Assembly (NCBI GenBank): GCA_964016885.1
Contig: OZ024740.1
Location: 31,930,001 to 31,994,000, forward strand
Direction of reading: 5' to 3'
Length of the DNA: 64,000 bases
Source of the DNA: Eledone cirrhosa
Lineage: Eukaryota
In this document: positions 49,901 through 61,900 of the stretch, one piece after another
Numbering within the stretch: position 1 is the stretch's first letter
Layout: each line of letters begins with the position of its first letter
Program-made: the position numbers and the translations under genes
The notes under the pieces: model-generated
The model's input: the letters and a program-made list of their open reading frames with translations, nothing else
The model's database searches: none
What the model was told of the DNA's origin: nothing

Positions 49901-52900
49901 AGTAATGAGAAGGTGATAGTATAGAACATGGTTCTAAGTAATGAGAGGGTGATAGTATAGAACATGGTTCTGAGTAATGAGAGGATGATAGTATAGAACA
50001 TGGTTCTGAGTAATGAGAGGGTGATAGTATAGAACATGGTTCTGAGTAATGAGAGGGTGATAGTATAGAACATGGTTCTGTGTAATGAGAGGGTGATAGT
50101 ATAGAACATGGTTCTGTGTAATGAGAGGGTGATAGTATAGAACATGGTTCTAAGTAATGAGAGGATGATAGTATAGAACATGGTTCTAAGTAATGAGAGG
50201 GTGATAGTATAGAACATGGTTCTGTGTAATGAGAGGATGATAGTATAGAACATGGTTCTAAGTAATAAGAGGGTGATAGTATAGAACATGGTTCTGAATA
50301 ATGAGAGGGTGATAGTATAGAACATGGTTCTGTGTAATGAGAGGGTGATAGTATAGAACATGGTTCTAAGTAATGAGAGGATGATAGTATAGAACATGGT
50401 TCTAAGTAATGAGAGGGTGATAGTATAGAACATGGTTCTATGTAATAAGAGGATGATAGTATAGAACATGGTGCTGAGTAATGAGAGGATGATAGTATAG
50501 AACATGGTGCTGAGTAATGAGAGGGAGATAGTATAGAACATGGTTCTGAGTAATGAGAGGATGATACTATAGAACATGGTTCTAAGTAATGAGAGGATGA
50601 TAGTATAGAACATGGTTCTGTGTAATGAGAGGGTGATAGTATGGAACATGGTGCTGAGTAATGAGAGGGTGATAGTATAGAACATGGTTCTGAGTAATGA
50701 GAGGATGATAGTATAGAACATGGTTCTAAGTAATGAGAGGATGATAGTATAGAACATGGTTCTGTGTAATGAGAGGGTGATAGTATAGAACATGGTTCTA
50801 AGTAATGAGAGGATGATAGTATAGAACATGGTTCTAAGTAATGAGAGGGTGATAGTATAGAACATGGTTCTGTGTAATGAGAGGGTGATAGTATAGAACA
50901 TGGTTCTGTGTAATGAGAGGGGTTATAGTATAAAACATGGTTCTGTGTAATGAGAGGGTGATAGTATAGAACATGGTTCTAAGTAATGAGAGGATGATAG
51001 TATAGAACATGGTTCTAAGTAATGAGAGGGTGATAGTATAGAACATGGTTCTGAGTAATGAGAGGGTGATAGTATAGAACATGGTTCTGTGTAATGAGAG
51101 GGTGATAGTATAGAACATGGTTCTAAGTAATGAGAGGGTGATAGTATAGAACATGGTTCTAAGTAATGAGAGGATGATAGTATAGAACATGTTTCTAAGT
51201 AATGAGAGGATGATAGTATAGAACATGTTTCTAAGTAATGAGAGGGTGATAGTACAGAACATGGTTCTAAGTAATGAGAGGATGATAGTATAGAACATGG
51301 TTCTAAGTAATGAGAGGGTGATAGTATAGAACATGGTTCTGTGTAATGAGAGGGTGATAGTATGGAACTAGGTTCTAAGTAATGAGAGGATGATAGTATA
51401 GAACATGGTTCTAAGTAATGAGAGGATGATAGTATAGAACATGGTTCTGAGTAATGAGAGGATGATAGTATAGAACATGGTTCTAAGTAATGAGAGGGTG
51501 ATAGTATAGAACATGGTTCTGAGTAATGAGAAGGTGATAGTATAGAACATGGTTCTGTGTAATGAGAGGGTGATAGTATAGAACATGGTTCTAAGTAATG
51601 AGAGGATGATAGTATAGAACATGGTTCTAAGTAATGAGAGGATTATAGTATAGAACATGGTTCTGAGTAATGAGCGGATGATAGTATAGAACATGGTTCT
51701 AAGTAATGAGAGGATGATAGTATAGAACATGGTTCTGAGTAATGAGAGGGTGATAGTATAGAACATGGTTCTGTGTAATGAGAGGGTGATAGTATAGAAC
51801 ATGGTTCTAAGTAATGAGAGGATGATAGTATAGAACATGGTGCTGAGTAATGAGAGGGTGATAGTATAGAACATGGTTCTGAGTAATGAGAGGATGATAG
51901 TATAGAAAAGGGTTCTAAGTAATGAGAGGATGATAGTATAGAACATGGTTCTGTGTAATGAGAGGGGGTATAGTATAGAACATGGTTCTGTGTAATGAGA
52001 GGGTGATACAATAGAACATGGTTCTAAGTAATGAGAGGATGATAGTATAGAACATGGTTCTAAGTAATGAGAGGGTGATAGTATAGAACATGGTTCTGAG
52101 TAATGAGAGAGTGATAGTATAGAACATGGTTCTGTGTAATGAGAGGGTGATAGTATAGAACATGGTTCTGAGTAATGAGAGGGTGATAGTATAGAACATG
52201 GTTCTGTGTAATGAGAGGGTGATAGTATAGAACATGGTTCTGAGTAATGAGAGGGTGATAGTATAGAACATGGTTCTGAGTAATGAGAGGGTGATAGTAT
52301 AGAACATGGTTCTAAGTAATGAGAGGATGATAGTATAGAACATGGTTCTGAGTAATGAGAGGGTGATAGTATAGAACATGGTTCTGAGTAATGAGAGGGT
52401 GATAGTATAGAACATGGTTCTAAGTAATGAGAGGATGATAGTATAGAACATGGTTCTGTGTAATGAGAGGGTGATAGTATAGAACATGGTTCTGAGTAAT
52501 GAGAGGGTGATAGTATAGAACATGGTTCTAAGTAATGAGAGGATGATAGTATAGAACATGGTTCTAAGTAATTAGAGGATGATAGTATAGAACATGGTTC
52601 TAAGTAATGAGAGGGTGATCGTATAGAACATGGTTCTGTGTAATGAGAGGGTGATAGTATAGAACATGGTTCTAAGTAATGAGAGGATGATAGTATAGAA
52701 CATGGTTCTAAGTAATGAGAGGATGATAGTATAGAACATGGTTCTGAGTAATGAGAGGGTGATAGTATAGAACATGGTTCTGTGTAATGAGAGGGTGATA
52801 GTATAGAACATGGTTCTGTGTAATGAGAGGGTGATAGTATAGAACATGGTTCTAAGTAATGAGAGGATGATAGTATAGAACATGGTTCTAAGTAATGAGA

Positions 52901-55900
52901 GGATGATAGTATAGAACATGGTTGTAAGTAATGAGAGGATGATAGTATAGAATATGGTTCTGAGTAATGAGAGGGAGATAGTATAGAACATGGTTCTGTG
53001 TAATGAGAGGGTGATAGTATAGAACTTGGTTCTAAGTAATGCGAGGATGATAGTATAGAACATGGTTCTGAGTAATGAGAGGATGATAGTATAGAACATG
53101 GTTCTAAGTAATGAGAGGATGATAGTATAGAACATGGTTCTAAGTAATGAGCGGATGATAGTATAGAACATGGTTCTAAGTAATGAGAGGATGATAGTAT
53201 AAAACATGGTTCTGAGTAATGAGAGGGTGATAGTATAGAACATGGTTCTGTGTAATGAGAGGGTGAGAGTATAGAACATGGTTCTAAGTAATGAGAGGAT
53301 GATAGTATAGAACATGGTTCTGAGTAATGAGAGGGTGATAGTATAGAGCATGGTTCTAAGTAATGAGAGGACGATAGTATAGAACATGGTTCTGTGTAAT
53401 GAGAGGGTGATAGTATAGAACATGGTGCTGAGTAATGAGAGGGGGATAGTATAGAACATGGTTCTGAGTAATGAGAGGATGATAGTATAGAACATGGTTC
53501 TAAGTAATGAGAGGATGATAGTATAGAACATGGTTCTGTGTAATGAGAGGGTGATAGTATAGAACATGGTGCTGAGTAATGAGAGGGTGATAGTATAGAA
53601 CATGGTTCTAAGTAATGAGAGTATGATAGTATAGAACATGGTTCTGAGTAATGAGAGGGTGATAGTATAGAACATGGTTCTGTGTAATGAGAGGGTGATA
53701 GTATAGAACATGGTTCTAAGTAATGAGAGGATGATAGTATAGAACATGGTGCTGAGTAATGAGAGGGTGATAGTATAGAACATGGTTCTGAGTAATGAGA
53801 GGATGATAGTATAGAACATGGTTCTAAGTAATGAGAGGATGATAGTATAGAACATGGTTCTGTGTAATGAGAGGGTGATAGTATAGAACATGGTTCTAAG
53901 TAATGAGAGGATGATAGTATAGAACATGGTTCTAAGTAATGAGAGGATGATAGTATAGAACATGGTTCTGAGTAATGAGAGGGTGATAGTATAGAACATG
54001 GTTCTGTGTAATGAGAGGGTGATAGTATAGAACATGGTTCTGTGTAATGAGAGGGTGATAGTATAGAACATGGTTCTAAGTAATGAGAGGATGATAGTAT
54101 AGAACATGGTTCTAAGTAATGAGAGGATGATAGTATAGAACATGGTTCTAAGTAATGAGAGGATGATAGTATAGAACATGGTTCTGAGTAATGAGAGGGT
54201 GATAGTATAGAACATGGTTCAGTGTAATGAGAGGGTGATAGTATAGAACATGGTTCTAAGTAATGCGAGGATGATAGTATAGAACATGGTTCTGAGTAAT
54301 GAGAGGATGATAGTATAGAACATGGTTCTAAGTAATGAGAGGATGATAGTATAGAACATGGTTCTAAGTAATGAGCGGATGATAGTATAGAACATGGTTC
54401 TAAGTAATGAGACGATGATAGTATAGAACATGGTTCTGAGTAATGAGAGGGTGATAGTATAGAACATGGTTCTGTGTAATGAGAGGGTGATAGTATAGAA
54501 CATGGTTCTAAGTAATGAGAGGATGATAGTATAGAACATGGTTCTGAGTAATGAGAGGGTGATAGTATAGAACATGGTTCTAAGTAATGAGAGGATGATA
54601 GTATAGAACATGGTGCTGAGTAATGAGAGGGTGATAGTATAGAACCTGGTTCTGAGTAATGAGAGGATGATAGTATAGAACATGGTTCTAAGTAATGAGA
54701 GGATGATAGTATAGAACATGGTTCTGTGTAATGAGAGGGTGATAGTATAGAACATGGTGCTGAGTAATGAGAGGGTGATAGTATAGAACATGGTTCTGTG
54801 TAATGAGAGGGTGATAGTATAGAACATGGTTCTGTGTAATGAGAGGGGGTATAGTATAGAACATGGTTCTGTGTAATGAGAGGGTGATAGTATAGAACAT
54901 GGTTCTAAGTAATGAGAGGATGATAGTATAGAACATGGTTCTAAGTAATGAGAGGGTGATAGTATAGAACATGGTTCTGAGTAATGAGAGAGTGATAGTA
55001 TAGAACATGGTTCTGTGTAATGAGAGGGTGATAGTATAGAACATGGTTCTAAGTAATGAGAGGGTGATAGTATAGAACATGGTTCTAAGTAATGAGAGGA
55101 TGATAGTATAGAACATGTTTCTAAGTAATGAGAGGATGATAGTATAGAACATGTTTCTAAGTAATGAGAGGGTGATAGTACAGAACATGGTTCTGTGTAA
55201 TGAGAGGGTGATAGTATAGAACATGGTTCTAAGTAATGAGAGGATGATAGTATAGAACATGGTGCTGAGTAATGAGAGGATGATAGTATAGAACATGGTT
55301 CTAAGTAATGAGAAGGTGATAGTATAGAACATGGTTCTAAGTAATGAGAGGGTGATAGTATAGAACATGGTTCTGAGTAATGAGAGGATGATAGTATAGA
55401 ACATGGTTCTGAGTAATGAGAGGGTGATAGTATAGAACATGGTTCTGAGTAATGAGAGGGTGATAGTATAGAACATGGTTCTGTGTAATGAGAGGGTGAT
55501 AGTATAGAACATGGTTCTGTGTAATGAGAGGGTTTATAGTATAGAACATGGTTCTAAGTAATGAGAGGATGATAGTATAGAACATAGTTCTAAGTAATGA
55601 GAGGGTGATAGTATAGAACATGGTTCTGTGTAATGAGAGGATGATAGTATAGAACATGGTTCTAAGTAATAAGAGGGTGATAGTATAGAACATGGTTCTG
55701 AGTAATGAGAGGGTGATAGTATAGAACATGGTTCTGTGTAATGAGAGGGTGATAGTATAGAACATGGTTCTAAGTAATGAGAGGATGATAGTATAGAACA
55801 TGGTTCTAAGTAATGAGAGGGTGATAGTATAGAACATGGTTCTAAGTAATGAGAGGATGATAGTATAGAACATGGTGCTGAGTAATGAGAGGATGATAGT

Positions 55901-58900
55901 ATAGAACATGGTGCTGAGTAATGAGAGGGTGATAGTATAGAACATGGTTCTGAGTAATGAGAGGATGATAGTATAGAACATGGTTCTAAGTAATGAGAGG
56001 ATGATAGTATAGAACATGGTTCTGTGTAATGAGAGGGTGATAGTATGGAACATGGTGCTGAGTAATGAGAGGGTGATAGTATAGAACATGGTTCTGAGTA
56101 ATGAGAGGATGATAGTATAGAACATGGTTCTGTGTAATGAGAGGGTGATAGTATAGAACATGGTTCTAAGTAATGAGAGGATGATAGTATAGAACATGGT
56201 TCTAAGTAATGGGAGGGTGATAGTATAGAACATGGTTCTGTGTAATGAGAGGGTGATAGTATAGAACATGGTTCTGAGTAATGAGAGGATGATAGTATAG
56301 AACATGGTTCTGTGTAATGAGAGGGGGTATAGTATAGAACATGGTTCTGTGTAATGAGAGGGTGATAGTATAGAACATGGTTCTAAGTAATGAGAGGATG
56401 ATAGTATAGAACATGGTTCTAAGTAATGAGAGGGTGATAGTATAGAACATGGTTCTGAGTAATGAGAGGGTGATAGTATAGAACATGGTTCTGTGTAATG
56501 AGAGGGTGATAGTATAGAACATGGTTCTAAGTAATGAGAGGGTGATAGTATAGAACATGGTTCTAAGTAATGAGAGGATGATAGTATAGAACATGTTTCT
56601 AAGTAATGAGAGGATGATAGTATAGAACATGTTTCTAAGTAATGAGAGGGTGATAGTACAGAACATGGTTCTAAGTAATGAGAGGATGATAGTATAGAAC
56701 ATGGTTCTAAGTAATGAGAGGGTGATAGTATAGAACATGGTTCTGTGTAATGAGAGGGTGATAGTATGGAACTAGGTTCTAAGTAATGAGAGGATGATAG
56801 TATAGAACATGGTTCTAAGTAATGAGAGGATGATAGTATAGAACATGGTTCTGAGTAATGAGAGGATGATAGTATAGAACATGGTTCTAAGTAATGAGAG
56901 GGTGATAGTATAGAACATGGTTCTGAGTAATGAGAAGGTGATAGTATAGAACATGGTTCTGTGTAATGAGAGGGTGATAGTATAGAACATGGTTCTAAGT
57001 AATGAGAGGATGATAGTATAGAACATGGTTCTAAGTAATGAGAGGATGATAGTATAGAACATGGTTCTGAGTAATGAGCGGATGATAGTATAGAACATGG
57101 TTCTAAGTAATGAGAGGATGATAGTATAGAACATGGTTCTGAGTAATGAGAGGGTGATAGTATAGAACATGGTTCTGTGTAATGAGAGGGTGATAGTATA
57201 GAACATGGTTCTAAGTAATGAGAGGATGATAGTATAGAACATGGTGCTGAGTAATGAGAGGGTGATAGTATAGAACATGGTTCTGAGTAATGAGAGGATG
57301 ATAGTATAGAACATGGTTCTAAGTAATGAGAGGATGATAGTATAGAACATGGTTCTGTGTAATGAGAGGGTGATAGTATAGAACATGGTTCTAAGTAATG
57401 AGAGGATGATAGTATAGAACATGGTTCTGTGTAATGAGAGGGTGATAGTATAGAACATGGTGCTGAGTAATGAGAGGGTGATAGTATAGAACATGGTTCT
57501 GAGTAATGAGAGGATGATAGTATAGAACATGGTTCTAAGTAATGAGAGGATGATAGTATAGAACATGGTTCTGTGTAATGAGAGGGTGATAGTATAGAAC
57601 ATGGTTCTAAGTAATGAGAGGATGATAGTATAGAACATGGTTCTAAGTAATGAGAGGGTGATAGTATAGAACATGGTTCTGTGTAATGAGAGGGTGATAG
57701 TATAGAACATGGTTCTGTGTAATGAGAGGGGGTATAGTATAGAACATGGTTCTGTGTAATGAGAGGGTGATACAATAGAACATGGTTCTAAGTAATGAGA
57801 GGATGATAGTATAGAACATGGTTCTAAGTAATGAGAGGGTGATAGTATAGAACATGGTTCTGAGTAATGAGAGAGTGATAGTATAGAACATGGTTCTGTG
57901 TAATGAGAGGGTGATAGTATAGAACATGGTTCTAAGTAATGAGAGGGTGATAGTATAGAACATGGTTCTAAGTAATGAGAGGATGATAGTATAGAACATG
58001 TTTCTAAGTAATGAGAGGATGATAGTATAGAACATGTTTCTAAGTAATGAGAGGGTGATAGTACAGAACATGGTTCTGTGTAATGAGAGGGTGATAGTAT
58101 AGAACATGGTTCTAAGTAATGAGAGGATGATAGTATAGAACATGGTGCTGAGTAATGATAGGGTGATAGTATAGAACATGGTTCTGAGTAATGAGAGGAT
58201 GATAGTATAGAACATGGTTCTAAGTAATGAGAGGGTGATAGTATAGAACATGGTTCTGAGTAATGAGAGGATGATAGTATAGAACATGGTTCTGAGTAAT
58301 GAGAGGGTGATAGTATAGAACATGGTTCTGAGTAATGAGAGGGTGATAGTATAGAACATGGTTCTGTGTAATGAGAGGGTGATAGTATAGAACATGGTTC
58401 TGTGTAATGAGAGGGTGATAGTATAGAACATGGTTCTAAGTAATGAGAGGATGATAGTATAGAACATGGTTCTAAGTAATGAGAGGGTGATAGTATAGAA
58501 CATGGTTCTGTGTAATGAGAGGATGATAGTATAGAACATGGTTCTAATAAGAGGGTGATAGTATAGAACATGGTTCTGAGTAATGAGAGGGTGATAGTAT
58601 AGAACATGGTTCTAAGTAATGAGAGGGTGATAGTATAGAACATGGTTCTGTGTAATGAGAGGGTGATAGTATAGAACATGGTTCTAAGTAATGAGAGGAT
58701 GATAGTATAGAACATGGTTCTAAGTAATGAGAGGGTGATAGTATAGAACATGGTTCTAAGTAATGAGAGGATGATAGTATAGAACATGGTGCTGAGTAAT
58801 GAGAGGATGATAGTATAGAACATGGTGCTGAGTAATGAGAGGGTGATAGTATAGAACATGGTTCTGAGTAATGAGAGGATGATAGTATAGAACATGGTTC

Positions 58901-61900
58901 TAAGTAATGAGAGGATGATAGTATAGAACATGGTTCTGTGTAATGAGAGGGTGATAGTATAGAACATGGTTCTAAGTAATGAGAGGATGATAGTATAGAA
59001 CATGGTTCTGTGTAATGAGAGGGTGATAGTATAGAACATGGTTCTGTGCAATGAGAGGGGGTATAGTATAGAACATGGTTCTGTGTAATGAGAGGGTGAT
59101 AGTATAGAACATGGTTCTAAGTAATGAGAGGATGATAGTATAGAACATGGTTCTAAGTAATGAGAGGATGATAGTATAGAACATGTTTCTAAGTAATGAG
59201 AGGATGATAGTATAGAACATGTTTCTAAGTAATGAGAGGGTGATAGTACAGAACATGGTTCTAAGTAATGAGAGGATGATAGTATAGAACATGGTTCTAA
59301 GTAATGAGAGGGTGATAGTATAGAACATGGTTCTGTGTAATGAGAGGGTGATAGTATAGAACATGGTTCTGTGTAATGAGAGGGTGATAGTATAGAACAT
59401 GGTTCTAAGTAATGAGAGGATGATAGTATAGAACATGGTGCTGAGTAATGAGAGGGTGATAGTATAGAACATGGTTCTAAGTAATGAGAGGGTGATAGTA
59501 TAGAACATGGTTCTGAGTAATGAGAAGGTGATAGTATAGAACATGGTTCTGTGTAATGAGAGGGTGATAGTATAGAACATGGTTCTAAGTAATGAGAGGA
59601 TGATAGTATAGAACATGGTTCTAAGTAATGAGAGGATGATAGTATAGAAGATGGTTCTGAGTAATGAGCGGATGATAGTATAGAACATGGTTCTAAGTAA
59701 TGAGAGGATGATAGTATAGAACATGGTTCTGAGTAATGAGAGGGTGATAGTATAGAACATGGTTCTGTGTAATGAGAGGGTGATAGTATAGAACATGGTT
59801 CTAAGTAATGAGAGGATGATAGTATAGAACATGGTGCTGAGTAATGAGAGGGTGATAGTATAGAACATGGTTCTGAGTAATGAGAGGATGATAGTATAGA
59901 ACATGGTTCTAAGTAATGAGAGGATGATAGTATAGAACATGGTTCTGTGTAATGAGAGGGTGATAGTATAGAACATGGTTCTAAGTAATGAGAGGATGAT
60001 AGTATAGAACATGGTTCTGAGTAATGAGAGGGTGATAGTGTAGAACATGGTTCTGTGTAATGAGAGGATGATAGTATAGAACATGGTTCTGTGTAATGAG
60101 AGGGTGATAGTATAGAACATGGTTCTAAGTAATGAGAGGGTGATAGTATAGAACATGGTTCTGTGTAATGAGAGGGTGATAGTATAGAACATGGTTCTGA
60201 GTAATGAGAGGGTGATAGTATAGAACATGGTTCTGTGTAATGAGAGGGTGATAGTATAGAACATGGTTCTGTGTAATGAGAGGGTGATAGTATAGAACAT
60301 GGGTCTGTGTAATGAGAGGGTGATAGTATAGAACATGGTTCTGAGTAATGAGAGAGTGATAGTATAGAACATGGTTCTGTGTAATGAGAGGGTGATAGTA
60401 TAGAACATGGTTCTAAGTAATGAGAGGGTGATAGTATAGAACATGGTTCTAAGTAATGAGAGGATGATAGTATAGAACATGTTTCTAAGTAATGAGAGGA
60501 TGATAGTATAGAACATGTTTCTAGGTAATGAGAGGGTGATAGTACAGAACATGGTTCTAAGTAATGAGAGGATGATAGTATAGAACATGGTTCTAAGTAA
60601 TGAGAGGGTGATAGTATAGAACATGGTTCTGTGTAATGAGAGGGTGATAGTATGGAACTAGGTTCTAAGTAATGAGAGGATGATAGTATAGAACATGGTT
60701 CTAAGTAATGAGAGGATGATAGTATAGAACATGGTTCTGAGTAATGAGAGGATGATAGTATAGAACATGGTTCTAAGTAATGAGAGGGTGATAGTATAGA
60801 ACATGGTTCTGAGTAATGAGAAGGTGATAGTATAGAACATGGTCCTGTGTAATGAGAGGGTGATAGTATAGAACATGGTTCTAAGTAATGAGAGGATGAT
60901 AGTATAGAACATGGTTCTAAGTAATGAGAGGATGATAGTATAGAACATGGTTCTGAGTAATGAGCGGATGATAGTATAGAACATGGTTCTAAGTAATGAG
61001 ATGATGTTAGTATAGAACATGGTTCTGAGTAATGAGAGGGTGATAGTATAGAACATGGTTCTGTGTAATGAGAGGGTGATAGTATAGAACATGGTTCTAA
61101 GTAATGAGAGGATGATAGTATAGAACATGGTGCTGAGTAATGAGAGGGTGATAGTATAGAACATGGTTCTGAGTAATAAGAGGATGATAGTATAGAACAT
61201 GGTTCTAAGTAATGAGAGGATGATAGTATAGAACATGGTTCTGTGTAATGAGAGGGTGATAGTATAGAACATGGTTCTAAGTAATGAGAGGATGATAGTA
61301 TAGAACATGGTTCTAAGTAATGAGAGGGTGATAGTATAGAACATGGTTCTGTGTAATGAGAGGGTGATAGTATGGAACTAGGTTCTAAGTAATGAGAGGA
61401 TGATAGTATAGAATATGGTTCTAAGTAATGAGAGGATGATAGTATAGAACATAGTTCTGAGTAATGAGAGGATGATAGTATAGAACATGGTTCTAAGTAA
61501 TGAGAGGGTGATAGTATAGAACATGGTTCTGAGTAATGAGAAGGTGATAGTATAGAACATGGTTCTGTGTAATGAGAGGATGATAGTATAGAACATAGTT
61601 CTGAGTAATGAGAGGATGATAGTATAGAACATGGTTCTAAGTAATGAGAGGATGATAGTATAGAACATGGTTCTAAGTAATGAGAGGATGATAGTATAGA
61701 ACATGGTTCTGAGTAATGAGCGGATGATAGTATAGAACATGGTTCTAAGTAATGAGAGGATGATAGTATAGAACATGGTTCTGAGTAATGAGAGGGTGAT
61801 AGTATAGAACATGGTTCTGTGTAATGAGAGGGTGATAGTATAGAACATGGTTCTAAGTAATGAGAGGATGATAGTATAGAACATGGTGCTGAGTAATGAG

